DNA of 64,000 nucleotides from Escherichia coli (GTDB lineage Bacteria; Pseudomonadota; Gammaproteobacteria; Enterobacterales; Enterobacteriaceae): NCBI RefSeq assembly GCF_051903065.1, contig NZ_CP178438.1; one strand, 5' to 3'. Shown piece by piece: positions 31,435 to 47,440 of this stretch (position 1 is its first letter; each line of letters starts with the position of its first letter). The notes under the pieces were generated by a model. It saw only the letters and a program-made list of their open reading frames with translations, ran no database searches and was not told where the DNA came from. The position numbers and the translations under genes were made by a program.

Positions 31435-31707
31435 ATGAACAAGACTCAACTGATTGATGTAATTGCAGAGAAAGCAGAACTGTCCAAAACCCAGGCTAAA
31501 GCTGCTCTGGAGTCCACTCTGGCTGCAATTACTGAGTCTCTGAAAGAAGGCGATGCTGTACAACTGGTTGGTTTCGGTACCTTCAAAGTGAACCACCGCG
31601 CTGAGCGTACTGGCCGCAACCCGCAGACCGGTAAAGAAATCAAAATTGCCGCAGCTAACGTACCGGCATTTGTTTCTGGCAAGGCACTGAAAGACGCAGT
31701 TAAGTAA
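31435..31707 (+). CDS. hupA: DNA-binding protein HU-alpha
   Basis: 90-aa [32 protein letters not shown]..., recognised as HU-alpha. Confidence 0.97.
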
Positions 31708-31713
31708 GATTGC

Positions 31714-32415
31714 GTGGCAGTGAACAGTTTTAACGAAGGGGTGGTTTCACCCCTTTTGTCTTTCTGGCGTCGATCATTGATGCTGGCTGGCGCTCTGTTT
31801 CTCACTGCCTGTAGCCACAACTCTTCACTTCCTCCCTTTACCGCCAGTGGATTTGCTGAAGACCAGGGCGCGGTACGCATCTGGCGAAAAGACAGCGGCG
31901 ATAATGTGCATCTTCTTGCCGTGTTTAGCCCGTGGCGCAGTGGCGATACCACGACGCGAGAGTATCGCTGGCAGGGCGATAACCTCACGCTCATCAATAT
32001 CAATGTTTACAGCAAACCGCCGGTGAACATTCGCGCGCGTTTTGACGATCGCGGCGATCTGAGCTTTATGCAACGTGAATCCGATGGGGAAAAGCAGCAG
32101 CTTTCTAACGACCAAATCGATTTATACCGTTATCGTGCTGATCAGATCCGCCAGATTAGCGATGCCTTACGTCAGGGGAGAGTCGTGCTGCGCCAGGGGC
32201 GCTGGCATGCGATGGAACAGACCGTGACCACCTGCGAAGGGCAAACCATTAAACCTGATTTAGATTCGCAGGCGATAGCGCATATCGAGCGCCGCCAGAG
32301 CCGCTCTTCTGTTGATGTCAGCGTGGCATGGCTGGAAGCGCCCGAAGGTTCGCAATTACTGTTAGTGGCAAACTCTGATTTCTGTCGCTGGCAACCCAAC
32401 GAGAAAACGTTCTGA
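31714..32415 (+). CDS. yjaH: Uncharacterised putative lipoprotein YjaH
   Basis: 233-aa ORF from a GTG start with signal-like N-terminus (LTACSHN lipobox-like); true start uncertain, another in-frame GTG lies at 31720. Confidence 0.75.
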   Translation: MAVNSFNEGVVSPLLSFWRRSLMLAGALFLTACSHNSSLPPFTASGFAEDQGAVRIWRKDSGDNVHLLAVFSPWRSGDTTTREYRWQGDNLTLININVYSKPPVNIRARFDDRGDLSFMQRESDGEKQQLSNDQIDLYRYRADQIRQISDALRQGRVVLRQGRWHAMEQTVTTCEGQTIKPDLDSQAIAHIERRQSRSSVDVSVAWLEAPEGSQLLLVANSDFCRWQPNEKTF

Positions 32416-32416
32416 T

Positions 32417-32842
32417 TTACCAGTGGCCCATCCCCATATGACCGCCACCACCGCAGCCGCCGTAGCCCATGCCCATTCCGGCTCCGCGCGGAATACCCGC
32501 TTCAGCCATCGCAATATCCCGTTTCACCCGTAACTCATCTAACGACTGACGCAAATTCTCCATCTCTTTGGCGACCGCGTTAATTTTGCTGCTATCCGGT
32601 GGGTTCGCGGCTAACAGGGCATTGTATTCATAACGCTTCGTCACTAGTTGCTGTTGCAGTGCGCTGCTTTGAGCGTAAAAGTCATTATGGATTTTCTGCC
32701 ACGCTGTCTGTTGTTCGCTGGTCAAAGGCGCGGCATTTTGCTGCCACATACCGTGTCCGCCGTGAGCAAATGCAGATGTCGATCCCATCGCCATTGCTGA
32801 AAGCGCCATCATCACCAGGGCAATTTTCGTGTTCCGTTTCAT
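32417..32842 (-). CDS. zraP: Zinc resistance-associated periplasmic protein ZraP
   Basis: ORF track gives 188 aa; start set to MKRNTKIALVMMALSAMA (signal peptide) to give 141 aa; C-terminal Gly/His/Met-rich metal-binding tail. Confidence 0.88.
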   Translation of the reverse strand: MKRNTKIALVMMALSAMAMGSTSAFAHGGHGMWQQNAAPLTSEQQTAWQKIHNDFYAQSSALQQQLVTKRYEYNALLAANPPDSSKINAVAKEMENLRQSLDELRVKRDIAMAEAGIPRGAGMGMGYGGCGGGGHMGMGHW

Positions 32843-32877
32843 GGTTAATCCTCCAGTGGTTGTCTTACTTCGGGTAT

Positions 32878-32893
32878 TGCATCTTCCGTGCCA
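32878..32893 (-). promoter_or_regulatory. sigma54 (-24/-12) promoter of zraP
   Basis: Minus strand reads TGGCAC-ggaag-ATGCA, about 36 nt upstream of the zraP start. Confidence 0.7.
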
Positions 32894-32935
32894 ACGATGA
32901 AACGCTGATATGACGGGTAATCTGGCATGATAAAC

Positions 32936-32981
32936 GAGTAAAAATGACTCGCCTGCTGCGGGTAGCGAGTCATTTTTACTC
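32936..32981. promoter_or_regulatory. Perfect 17-bp inverted repeat, putative ZraR enhancer site
   Basis: gagtaaaaatgactcgc-N12-gcgagtcatttttactc, located between the divergent sigma54 promoters. Confidence 0.65.
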
Positions 32982-33032
32982 ATTGAAACTTAAGCCTTTG
33001 TGTTACAGCGCAGGGTAAGCGCTGATAAAAGA

Positions 33033-33048
33033 TGGCATGATTTCTGCT
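33033..33048 (+). promoter_or_regulatory. sigma54 (-24/-12) promoter of zraSR
   Basis: TGGCAT-gattt-cTGCT, about 32 nt upstream of the zraS ATG. Confidence 0.65.
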
Positions 33049-33079
33049 GTCAGAAAGGGATGAGCAGGCAAAGAAGAAG

Positions 33080-34456
33080 ATGCGTTTTATGCAACGTTCT
33101 AAAGACTCCTTAGCTAAATGGTTAAGCGCGATCCTCCCCGTGGTCATTGTTGGGCTGGTAGGGTTGTTTGCGGTGACGGTGATTCGCGATTATGGGCGCG
33201 AGACTGCCGCTGCCAGACAAACGCTGCTGGAAAAAGGCAGTGTACTTATTCGTGCTCTCGAATCCGGCTCGCGCGTCGGCATGGGGATGCGCATGCATCA
33301 TGCGCAGCAGCAGGCCTTACTGGAAGAAATGGCCGGGCAGCCTGGAGTACGTTGGTTTGCGGTCACGGATGAACAAGGAACAATCGTGATGCATAGCAAC
33401 TCCGGCATGGTGGGAAAACAGCTTTATTCCCCGCAGGAAATGCAGCAGTTACATCCGGGAGATGAAGAAGTGTGGCGGCGGATCGATAGCGCAGACGGTG
33501 AGCCTGTTCTGGAAATTTATCGCCAGTTTCAACCGATGTTTGCTGCTGGAATGCACCGGATGCGCCATATGCAGCAGTATGCCGCGACACCACAAGCAAT
33601 TTTCATCGCTTTCGACGCCAGTAATATTGTGAGTGCCGAAGATCGTGAGCAGAGAAACACCCTGATTATCCTCTTCGCCCTGGCGACGGTCTTGCTGGCA
33701 AGCGTATTGTCATTCTTCTGGTATCGCCGCTATCTGCGCTCGCGCCAGCTTCTACAAGATGAAATGAAGCGCAAAGAGAAGCTGGTGGCGCTGGGGCATC
33801 TTGCGGCAGGCGTTGCCCACGAAATCCGTAACCCACTTTCCTCGATTAAAGGACTGGCGAAATACTTTGCCGAGCGCGCGCCTGCAGGGGGAGAAGCGCA
33901 TCAACTGGCGCAGGTGATGGCGAAAGAGGCCGACCGTTTAAACCGCGTGGTAAGCGAGTTGCTGGAACTGGTTAAGCCAACGCATCTGGCTTTGCAGGCG
34001 GTGGATCTCAACACGCTGATTAACCACTCATTACAGCTGGTAAGTCAGGATGCAAACAGCCGGGAGATCCAGTTACGCTTTACCGCCAACGACACATTAC
34101 CGGAAATTCAGGCCGACCCGGACAGGCTGACTCAGGTCCTGTTGAATCTCTATCTCAATGCTATTCAGGCGATTGGTCAGCATGGCGTGATTAGCGTGAC
34201 GGCCAGCGAAAGCGGCGCGGGCGTGAAAATCAGCGTTACCGACAGCGGTAAGGGAATTGCGGCAGATCAGCTTGATGCCATCTTCACTCCGTACTTCACC
34301 ACTAAAGCCGAAGGCACCGGACTGGGGCTGGCGGTCGTGCATAATATTGTTGAACAACACGGTGGTACAATTCAGGTCGCAAGCCAGGAGGGAAAAGGCT
34401 CAACGTTCACCCTCTGGCTTCCGGTCAATATTACGCGTAAGGACCCACAAGGATGA
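33080..34456 (+). CDS. zraS: Sensor histidine kinase ZraS
   Basis: 458-aa ORF with N-terminal TM segment, H-box (VAHEIRNPLSS) and ATP-lid motifs; exact start not verified. Confidence 0.9.
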   Translation: MRFMQRSKDSLAKWLSAILPVVIVGLVGLFAVTVIRDYGRETAAARQTLLEKGSVLIRALESGSRVGMGMRMHHAQQQALLEEMAGQPGVRWFAVTDEQGTIVMHSNSGMVGKQLYSPQEMQQLHPGDEEVWRRIDSADGEPVLEIYRQFQPMFAAGMHRMRHMQQYAATPQAIFIAFDASNIVSAEDREQRNTLIILFALATVLLASVLSFFWYRRYLRSRQLLQDEMKRKEKLVALGHLAAGVAHEIRNPLSSIKGLAKYFAERAPAGGEAHQLAQVMAKEADRLNRVVSELLELVKPTHLALQAVDLNTLINHSLQLVSQDANSREIQLRFTANDTLPEIQADPDRLTQVLLNLYLNAIQAIGQHGVISVTASESGAGVKISVTDSGKGIAADQLDAIFTPYFTTKAEGTGLGLAVVHNIVEQHGGTIQVASQEGKGSTFTLWLPVNITRKDPQG

Positions 34457-35778
34457 CGCACGATAATATCGATATTCTGGTGGTGGATGATGACATTAGC
34501 CACTGCACTATTTTGCAGGCTTTACTGCGCGGCTGGGGCTATAACGTCGCGCTGGCGAACAGCGGGCGACAGGCGCTGGAGCAGGTGCGGGAACAGGTTT
34601 TTGATCTTGTGCTTTGCGATGTGCGAATGGCGGAGATGGACGGCATCGCCACGCTGAAAGAGATCAAAGCGTTAAACCCGGCAATTCCGGTGCTGATTAT
34701 GACTGCGTACTCCAGCGTCGAGACGGCGGTAGAGGCACTGAAAACTGGGGCGCTGGATTATCTCATCAAGCCGCTGGATTTCGATAACCTACAGGCGACG
34801 CTGGAAAAGGCGCTCGCGCATACGCACAGTATTGATGCTGAAACACCTGCGGTGACTGCCAGCCAGTTCGGTATGGTCGGTAAAAGCCCGGCGATGCAAC
34901 ACCTGCTCAGTGAAATCGCCCTCGTCGCGCCATCGGAAGCCACGGTGCTGATCCACGGCGATTCCGGCACCGGTAAAGAGCTGGTCGCCAGGGCGATTCA
35001 CGCCAGTAGCGCACGTAGCGAAAAACCGCTGGTAACGCTCAACTGTGCGGCACTTAACGAATCCTTGCTGGAATCTGAATTGTTCGGTCACGAAAAAGGG
35101 GCGTTTACCGGAGCCGATAAACGCCGGGAAGGGCGCTTTGTTGAGGCGGACGGCGGCACGCTGTTTCTCGATGAAATTGGCGATATCTCGCCGATGATGC
35201 AGGTGCGTCTGCTGCGTGCGATTCAGGAGCGCGAAGTTCAGCGTGTCGGTAGCAACCAGACTATCTCGGTTGATGTCCGGCTGATTGCGGCGACCCATCG
35301 CGATCTTGCCGCAGAGGTGAATGCCGGGCGTTTTCGCCAGGATCTCTACTATCGCCTGAATGTGGTGGCGATTGAAGTACCATCGCTGCGGCAACGGCGG
35401 GAAGATATCCCTCTGCTGGCTGGCCATTTTCTTCAGCGCTTTGCCGAGCGTAATCGCAAGGCGGTAAAAGGCTTTACGCCACAGGCGATGGATTTGCTGA
35501 TCCACTACGACTGGCCGGGAAATATTCGTGAACTGGAAAACGCGGTGGAACGGGCGGTGGTGCTGCTGACCGGGGAATATATTTCCGAACGCGAGCTGCC
35601 GCTGGCGATTGCCGGTACGCCGATCCCGCTGGGGCAAAGTCAGGATATTCAGCCGCTGGTGGAAGTCGAAAAAGAAGTGATTCTGGCGGCACTGGAGAAA
35701 ACGGGCGGCAACAAAACCGAAGCCGCCCGTCAGTTAGGGATCACGCGCAAAACGCTATTGGCAAAACTGTCGCGTTAG
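34453..35778 (+). CDS. zraR: sigma54-dependent response regulator ZraR
   Basis: 441-aa ORF with receiver domain, AAA+ GDSGTGKE / GAFTGA motifs and C-terminal HTH; overlaps zraS stop. Confidence 0.93.
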   Translation: MTHDNIDILVVDDDISHCTILQALLRGWGYNVALANSGRQALEQVREQVFDLVLCDVRMAEMDGIATLKEIKALNPAIPVLIMTAYSSVETAVEALKTGALDYLIKPLDFDNLQATLEKALAHTHSIDAETPAVTASQFGMVGKSPAMQHLLSEIALVAPSEATVLIHGDSGTGKELVARAIHASSARSEKPLVTLNCAALNESLLESELFGHEKGAFTGADKRREGRFVEADGGTLFLDEIGDISPMMQVRLLRAIQEREVQRVGSNQTISVDVRLIAATHRDLAAEVNAGRFRQDLYYRLNVVAIEVPSLRQRREDIPLLAGHFLQRFAERNRKAVKGFTPQAMDLLIHYDWPGNIRELENAVERAVVLLTGEYISERELPLAIAGTPIPLGQSQDIQPLVEVEKEVILAALEKTGGNKTEAARQLGITRKTLLAKLSR

Positions 35779-37064
35779 TTCTGCTCGCGTTCGATAGCGC
35801 GCCAGCCGATATCTTTCCGGCAGAAGCAGTCGTCCCAGTGAATATCGGTCATTAAGGCATAAGCGCGTTTCTGCGCTTCTGCCACGGTATGACCCAGCGC
35901 GGTGACGCACAGTACGCGCCCGCCGCTGGTCACTACCTGCTCGTTATCCGCCAGTTTCGTGCCCGCGTGGAACACTTTGCCGTCAGCCACTTCTTCCAGC
36001 GGCAGGCCGTGGATCACATCGCCGGTGCGGTAATCGCCCGGATATCCACCCGCAGCCATCACCACGCCGAGAGAAGCACGTTCATCCCACTCTGACGTTT
36101 TCTCGTCCAGTTTGCCTTCACAGGCCGCCAGGCAGAGCTCAACCAGATCGGACTTCATGCGCAGCATAATCGGCTGGGTTTCCGGATCGCCAAAGCGGCA
36201 GTTAAATTCAATAACCTTCGGATTGCCCTGTTTGTCGATCATCAGGCCCGCGTAGAGAAAACCGGTGTAGGTGTTGCCTTCCGCCGCCATGCCTTTCACG
36301 GTTGGCCAGATAATACGTTCCATGGTGCGCTGATGAACTTCATCGGTTACTACCGGCGCGGGGGAGTAAGCGCCCATCCCGCCCGTGTTTGGTCCGGTAT
36401 CTTTATCGCCTACGCGTTTGTGATCCTGGCTGGTAGCCATCGGCAGCACATGCTCGCCGTCCACCATCACGATAAAGCTCGCTTCTTCGCCATCGAGGAA
36501 CTCTTCGATAACGATGCGATGACCCGCGTCGCCAAAAGCGTTGCCCGCCAGCATATCGTGAACAGCCGCTTCCGCTTCTTCCAGCGTCATCGCCACGATA
36601 ACGCCTTTCCCGGCAGCCAGACCGTCCGCTTTAATGACGATTGGCGCGCCTTTCTCACGCAGATACGCCAGCGCAGGTTCTACCTCGGTGAAGTTCTGGT
36701 ATTCCGCCGTAGGGATCTTATGGCGGGCCAGGAAATCTTTGGTAAACGCTTTTGAGCCTTCCAGTTGGGCCGCACCTGCGGTTGGGCCGAAGATTTTCAG
36801 CCCGGCAGCGCGGAAGGTATCGACCACGCCTTTCACCAGCGGCGCTTCCGGGCCGACGATGGTCAGATCAATCTTTTCGTTTTGTGCGAAATCCAACAGC
36901 GCCGGGATATCGGTCACGCCGATAGCAACGTTTTGCAGCGCGGGTTCCAGCGCAGTGCCTGCATTACCCGGAGCAACAAAAACAGTCTCAACCAGCGGCG
37001 ACTGGGCCGCTTTCCAGGCCAGCGCGTGCTCGCGCCCGCCGTTACCAATCACTAATACTTTCAT
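35775..37064 (-). CDS. purD: Phosphoribosylamine-glycine ligase
   Basis: 429-aa ORF recognised as PurD; downstream of purH in the purHD operon. Confidence 0.95.
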   Translation of the reverse strand: MKVLVIGNGGREHALAWKAAQSPLVETVFVAPGNAGTALEPALQNVAIGVTDIPALLDFAQNEKIDLTIVGPEAPLVKGVVDTFRAAGLKIFGPTAGAAQLEGSKAFTKDFLARHKIPTAEYQNFTEVEPALAYLREKGAPIVIKADGLAAGKGVIVAMTLEEAEAAVHDMLAGNAFGDAGHRIVIEEFLDGEEASFIVMVDGEHVLPMATSQDHKRVGDKDTGPNTGGMGAYSPAPVVTDEVHQRTMERIIWPTVKGMAAEGNTYTGFLYAGLMIDKQGNPKVIEFNCRFGDPETQPIMLRMKSDLVELCLAACEGKLDEKTSEWDERASLGVVMAAGGYPGDYRTGDVIHGLPLEEVADGKVFHAGTKLADNEQVVTSGGRVLCVTALGHTVAEAQKRAYALMTDIHWDDCFCRKDIGWRAIEREQN

Positions 37065-37075
37065 CTATTGCTCCA

Positions 37076-38665
37076 TTAATGGCGGAAGTGGCGCATGTCG
37101 GTGAAGAGCATCGCAATACCGTGCTCGTCGGCGGCGGCAATCACTTCGTCATCACGGATAGAACCGCCAGGCTGGATTACACAGGTCACGCCCGCAGCCG
37201 CGGCGGCATCAATACCGTCGCGGAACGGGAAGAACGCGTCAGAAGCCATCGAGGAACCTTTCACTTCCAGGCCTTCATCGGCAGCTTTAATACCGGCGAT
37301 TTTCGCGGAGTACACGCGGCTCATCTGGCCCGCGCCAATACCGATGGTCATATTGTTTTTGGCATAGACGATAGCATTGGATTTCACGAACTTCGCCACT
37401 TTCCAGCAGAACAGCGCATCACGCAGTTCCTGTTCGGTCGGCTGACGTTGGGTGACGACGCGCAGTTCTTCCGCACCGACCATCCCCAGGTCACGATCCT
37501 GAACCAGCAGACCGCCGTTCACGCGTTTGAAATCAAGACCCGGAACACGCTCGCCCCACTGACCGCAGGTCAGAACGCGTACGTTCTGCTTGGCGGCGGT
37601 GATTTTCAGGGCTTCTTCGCTGGCGGAAGGCGCAATAATCACTTCGACAAACTGACGAGAAATGATGGCCTGTGCGGTTTCCGCATCCAGCTCGCGGTTA
37701 AAGGCAATGATGCCGCCGAATGCGGAGGTTGGGTCGGTTTTGTACGCGCGATCGTAAGCATCAAGAATGGAATTGCCGATAGCCACGCCGCAAGGGTTGG
37801 CGTGCTTCACAATCACACATGCCGGCTCGGCGAACTCTTTCACGCACTCCAGCGCCGCATCGGTATCGGCGATGTTGTTATAAGAGAGGGCTTTACCCTG
37901 AACCTGGGTTGCAGTGGCAACGGAGGCTTCTTTCACATTCTCTTCTATATAGAAGGCAGCCTGCTGGTGGCTGTTCTCGCCGTAACGCATATCCTGCTTC
38001 TTAATGAAGTTCAGGTTCAGCGTGCGTGGGAAGCGACCGGCGGCTTCTTTGCTTTCACCGTGGTAAGCCGGAACCATGCTGCCGAAGTAGTTGGCAATCA
38101 TGCTGTCGTAGGCGGCAGTGTGTTCGAAGGCTTTGATGGCGAGGTCGAAACGGGTTGCAAGCGTCAGCGATCCTTCGTTGTCATCCATCTCTTTAATAAT
38201 TGCGTCGTAGTCGCTGCTCTTCACCACGATTGCGACATCTTTATGGTTCTTGGCGGCGGAGCGCACCATCGTTGGGCCGCCGATATCGATGTTCTCAACC
38301 GCATCTTCCAGCGAGCAACCTTCACGGGCCACGGTCTGGGCGAACGGATACAGGTTAACAACCACCATATCGATAGGCTGGATCTGATGTTCTTCCATAA
38401 TGGCATCGTCCTGGCCGCGACGGCCCAGAATGCCACCATGTACTTTCGGATGCAGGGTCTTCACGCGTCCATCCATCATCTCCGGGAAACCGGTGTAATC
38501 GGAAACTTCGGTTACCGGCAGACCTTTTTCTGCTAACAGACGGGCAGTGCCCCCTGTAGACAGCAGCTCCACACCGCGTGCGGAAAGTGCCTGGGCGAAT
38601 TCGACGATACCGGCTTTGTCAGAAACACTGAGCAGAGCGCGGCGGACTGGACGACGTTGTTGCAT
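37076..38665 (-). CDS. purH: Bifunctional AICAR transformylase / IMP cyclohydrolase
   Basis: ORF track gives 547 aa; start set to [19 protein letters not shown] to give the known 529 aa. Confidence 0.93.
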   Translation of the reverse strand: MQQRRPVRRALLSVSDKAGIVEFAQALSARGVELLSTGGTARLLAEKGLPVTEVSDYTGFPEMMDGRVKTLHPKVHGGILGRRGQDDAIMEEHQIQPIDMVVVNLYPFAQTVAREGCSLEDAVENIDIGGPTMVRSAAKNHKDVAIVVKSSDYDAIIKEMDDNEGSLTLATRFDLAIKAFEHTAAYDSMIANYFGSMVPAYHGESKEAAGRFPRTLNLNFIKKQDMRYGENSHQQAAFYIEENVKEASVATATQVQGKALSYNNIADTDAALECVKEFAEPACVIVKHANPCGVAIGNSILDAYDRAYKTDPTSAFGGIIAFNRELDAETAQAIISRQFVEVIIAPSASEEALKITAAKQNVRVLTCGQWGERVPGLDFKRVNGGLLVQDRDLGMVGAEELRVVTQRQPTEQELRDALFCWKVAKFVKSNAIVYAKNNMTIGIGAGQMSRVYSAKIAGIKAADEGLEVKGSSMASDAFFPFRDGIDAAAAAGVTCVIQPGGSIRDDEVIAAADEHGIAMLFTDMRHFRH

Positions 38666-38958
38666 GGTAAATCCCCTGGATTTGACTATTACAGAGAGCG
38701 TTAGCTGAATTTTTCGCAAAAAACTCAGCTAACGCCCCTAACGGGGCATCCTTATTTTTTGCCCGCATTGTAACGAAAACGTTTGCGCAACGCTCGCGAA
38801 TTTTTTAATTCGATGGCGATCACGATTTTGCCCCCGATTAGCGTGGGAGAAATAGAGAAATAACGCTGATGATTGTGGATAACTCTGTGCGTAAAAAGGT
38901 ATAAAGCGGGGTTTTGCTGGGGAATGCAGCAGTCAGTCATTTTTCTGCAATTTTTCTA

Positions 38959-38986
38959 TTGCGGCCTGCGGAGAACTCCCTATAAT
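38959..38986 (+). promoter_or_regulatory. rrn operon promoter P1
   Basis: TTGCGG -35, 16-bp spacer, TATAAT -10, GC-rich discriminator gcgcc, AT-rich UP-like region upstream. Confidence 0.7.
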
Positions 38987-39068
38987 GCGCCTCCATCGAC
39001 ACGGCGGATGTGAATCACTTCACACAAACAGCCGGTTCGGTTGAAGAGAAAAATTCTGAAATTCAGGG

Positions 39069-39096
39069 TTGACTCTGAAAGAGGAAAGCGTAATAT
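39069..39096 (+). promoter_or_regulatory. rrn operon promoter P2
   Basis: TTGACT -35, 16-bp spacer, TAATAT -10, about 110 bp downstream of P1. Confidence 0.7.
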
Positions 39097-39137
39097 ACGC
39101 CACCTCGCGACAGTGAGCTGAAAGCCGCGTCGCAACT

Positions 39138-39149
39138 GCTCTTTAACAA
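39138..39149 (+). promoter_or_regulatory. rrn leader boxA antitermination element
   Basis: gctctttaacaa matches the rrn boxA consensus in the 16S leader. Confidence 0.7.
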
Positions 39150-39280
39150 TTTATCAGACAATCTGTGTGGGCACTCGAAGATACGGATTCTTAACGTCGC
39201 AAGACGAAAAATGAATACCAAGTCTCAAGAGTGAACACGTAATTCATTACGAAGTTTAATTCTTTGAGCATCAAACTTTT

Positions 39281-40822
<1,542 letters not shown>

Positions 40823-40907
40823 CCTTAAAGAAGCGTACTTTGCAGTGCTCACACAGATTGTCTGATAGAAAGTGAAAAGCAAGGCGTCTTGCGAAGCAGA
40901 CTGATAC

Positions 40908-40983
40908 GTCCCCTTCGTCTAGAGGCCCAGGACACCGCCCTTTCACGGCGGTAACAGGGGTTCGAATCCCCTAGGGGACGCCA
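40908..40983 (+). tRNA. gltV: tRNA-Glu in the 16S-23S spacer
   Basis: 76 nt gtccccttcgtctagaggcc...ctaggggacgcca. Confidence 0.95.
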
Positions 40984-41176
40984 CTTGCTGGTTTGTGAGT
41001 GAAAGTCGCCGACCTTAATATCTCAAAACTCATCTTCGGGTGATGTTTGAGATATTTGCTCTTTAAAAATCTGGATCAAGCTGAAAATTGAAACACTGAA
41101 CAACGAAAGTTGTTCGTGAGTCTCTCAAATTTTCGCAACACGATGATGAATCGAAAGAAACATCTTCGGGTTGTGA

Positions 41177-44079
<2,903 letters not shown>

Positions 44080-44172
44080 ACAACGCCGAAGCTGTTTTGG
44101 CGGATTGAGAGAAGATTTTCAGCCTGATACAGATTAAATCAGAACGCAGAAGCGGTCTGATAAAACAGAATT

Positions 44173-44292
44173 TGCCTGGCGGCCGTAGCGCGGTGGTCCC
44201 ACCTGACCCCATGCCGAACTCAGAAGTGAAACGCCGTAGCGCCGATGGTAGTGTGGGGTCTCCCCATGCGAGAGTAGGGAACTGCCAGGCAT
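44173..44292 (+). rRNA. rrfE: 5S ribosomal RNA
   Basis: 120 nt identical to the copy at 2957-3076. Confidence 0.95.
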
Positions 44293-44304
44293 CAAATAAA
44301 GCGA

Positions 44305-44335
44305 AAGGCCATCCTGACGGATGGCCTTTTTGCGT
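44305..44335 (+). terminator. Rho-independent terminator of the rrn operon
   Basis: aaaggccatcc-tgac-ggatggccttt followed by ttgcgtt. Confidence 0.8.
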
Positions 44336-44371
44336 TGGTGAAAAAAATGCCGGATGCGACGCTGGTGAACA

Positions 44372-45120
<749 letters not shown>

Positions 45121-45224
45121 ATCAGCATACTTGTCCTTAGCCTTCTGCAGTGACAGCTGGTAGTACAGCGTGCTTCTGGCCAGCCCTGCAGCCTTTAACA
45201 GGTCAGACTGGCAGTGTCCGCACT

Positions 45225-45755
45225 TCAGGTTCTGGATGACTTTCGTTTTTTCTCCAGCTCCTGGCGCTTTTTTTCCAGGAGATGCTCCTGCATGGCTTTC
45301 AGATATGCATTTTCTGCGCGAAGATAACGCAGCTCATTCTTCATCTCTTCCGGCGTCATGTTTGCCTCGTTTTCATGGGTATCATCAGAACGGGTCATGC
45401 TTTTCTCCTTCCTGCGCCTGATAAAGGCCTCATTACCAGATTTGCGGTAGCCTTTTATCCAGTTTTTAACCATGTTGTGGCTGGGAATGTTAAACCGGGC
45501 AGCTACCCGGGGTAGAGACTCAGAATGCCCGAGAGCATAAAGAACCACGCAAAGTTTATCTTCAGGAGAATAGCTACGCTTGTGTCTGCAATCCAGTGCC
45601 TGAGGACCGTGAAGAAGAAAAAGATTAATCCAGTGTGAGAGGCTGGTGTGAGAAAGTTGAAAGAGTTTTGCCGTAGAAATGATGCCTGCATGACCGGCCA
45701 GGTAATGATTTACAGCGGCAAGTTTTACTTCAAATGAATGTTTCATAAACTGCAC
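45225..45755 (-). CDS. insJ: IS150 orfA (InsJ, HTH DNA-binding protein)
   Basis: 176-aa ORF with leucine-zipper-like C-terminus ending ...LEKKRQELEKKRK over an A6 slippery run. Confidence 0.85.
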   Translation of the reverse strand: MQFMKHSFEVKLAAVNHYLAGHAGIISTAKLFQLSHTSLSHWINLFLLHGPQALDCRHKRSYSPEDKLCVVLYALGHSESLPRVAARFNIPSHNMVKNWIKGYRKSGNEAFIRRRKEKSMTRSDDTHENEANMTPEEMKNELRYLRAENAYLKAMQEHLLEKKRQELEKKRKSSRT

Positions 45756-45840
45756 CTTCAGATGTCAGATTATGTCCAACATTTGGGGTGCAGTTCATGG
45801 CGCGTTTTATCCAGCTTACGCAGGCACGATAGGGGGCAGC

Positions 45841-46284
45841 TTATTCCCCCACATACGCCAGATTCAGCAACGGATACGGTTTCCCCAAATCGTCCACCTC
45901 AGAGCGTCCCGTAACCTTAAAACCCACCTTCTTATAGAACCCAACCGCCTGCTCATTTTGCTCATTAACGTTGGTTGTCAGTTCCGGTGCCATCGAGAGC
46001 GCATGCTCCACCAGCATCCGGCCCACGCCGCAGCCGCGCACATCAGGATCGATAAACAGCGCATCCATATGCTGCCCACTTAACAACATAAACCCAACCG
46101 GCTGATCCCGTTCATTAACCGCGACCCACAACGGTGCTTCCGGCAGAAAGGAACGAACTAGGTCCTCCAGCTCGGTCCGATACTCTGCTGATAAAAAATC
46201 GTGAGTGGCATCGACAGAACGACACCAAATCGCAACGAGTTCCTCCCCTTCCTCATGCCGTGAGCGGCGAATACTAATAACCAT
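45841..46284 (-). CDS. yjaB: GNAT family N-acetyltransferase YjaB
   Basis: 147-aa ORF with acetyl-CoA binding motif (RGCGVGRMLVEHA); K-12 position upstream of metA. Confidence 0.88.
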   Translation of the reverse strand: MVISIRRSRHEEGEELVAIWCRSVDATHDFLSAEYRTELEDLVRSFLPEAPLWVAVNERDQPVGFMLLSGQHMDALFIDPDVRGCGVGRMLVEHALSMAPELTTNVNEQNEQAVGFYKKVGFKVTGRSEVDDLGKPYPLLNLAYVGE

Positions 46285-46397
46285 TTTCTCTCCTTTTCGT
46301 CATTCTTATATTCTAACGTAGTCTTTTCCTTGAAACTTTCTCACCTTCAACATGCAGGCTCGACATTGGCAAATTTTCTGGTTATCTTCAGCTATCT

Positions 46398-46421
46398 GGA
46401 TGTCTAAACGTATAAGCGTAT
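46398..46421 (+). promoter_or_regulatory. Putative MetJ operator (tandem met boxes) in the metA promoter
   Basis: Three tandem 8-bp units ggatgtct-aaacgtat-aagcgtat resembling the AGACGTCT met-box consensus, 20 bp upstream of metA. Confidence 0.5.
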
Positions 46422-46440
46422 GTAGTGAGGTAATCAGGTT

Positions 46441-47370
46441 ATGCCGATTCGTGTGCCGGACGAGCTACCCGCCGTCAATTTCTTGCGTGAAGAAAACGTT
46501 TTTGTGATGACAACTTCTCGTGCGTCTGGTCAGGAAATTCGTCCACTTAAGGTTCTGATCCTTAACCTGATGCCGAAGAAGATCGAAACTGAAAATCAGT
46601 TTCTGCGCCTGCTTTCAAACTCACCTTTGCAGGTCGATATTCAGCTGTTGCGCATCGATTCCCGTGAATCGCGCAACACGCCCGCAGAGCATCTGAACAA
46701 CTTCTACTGTAACTTTGAAGATATTCAGGAACAAAACTTTGACGGTCTGATAGTTACCGGTGCGCCGCTGGGTCTGGTGGAGTTTAATGATGTCGCTTAC
46801 TGGCCGCAGATCAAACAGGTGCTGGAGTGGTCGAAAGATCACGTCACCTCGACGCTGTTTGTCTGTTGGGCGGTCCAGGCCGCGCTCAATATCCTCTACG
46901 GCATTCCTAAGCAAACCCGCACCGACAAACTCTCTGGCGTTTACGAGCATCACATTCTCCATCCTCATGCGCTTCTGACGCGTGGCTTTGATGATTCATT
47001 CCTGGCACCGCATTCGCGCTATGCTGACTTTCCGGCAGCGTTGATTCGTGATTATACCGATCTGGAAATTCTGGCAGAGACGGAAGAAGGGGATGCATAT
47101 CTGTTTGCCAGTAAAGATAAGCGCATTGCCTTTGTGACGGGCCATCCCGAATATGATGCGCAAACGCTGGCGCAGGAATTTTTCCGCGATGTGGAAGCCG
47201 GACTAGACCCGGATGTACCGTATAACTATTTCCCGCACAATGATCCGCAAAATACACCGCGAGCGAGCTGGCGTAGTCACGGTAATTTACTGTTTACCAA
47301 CTGGCTCAACTATTACGTCTACCAGATCACGCCATACGATCTACGGCACATGAATCCAACGCTGGATTAA
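46441..47370 (+). CDS. metA: Homoserine O-succinyltransferase
   Basis: 309-aa ORF beginning [23 protein letters not shown], recognised as MetA. Confidence 0.95.
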
Positions 47371-47414
47371 TCTTCTGTGATAGTCGATCGTTAAGCGATT
47401 CAGCACCTTACCTC

Positions 47415-47440
47415 AGGCACCTTCGGGTGCCTTTTTTATT
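47415..47440 (+). terminator. Rho-independent terminator after metA
   Basis: aggcacc-ttcg-ggtgcct followed by tttttatttcc. Confidence 0.75.
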
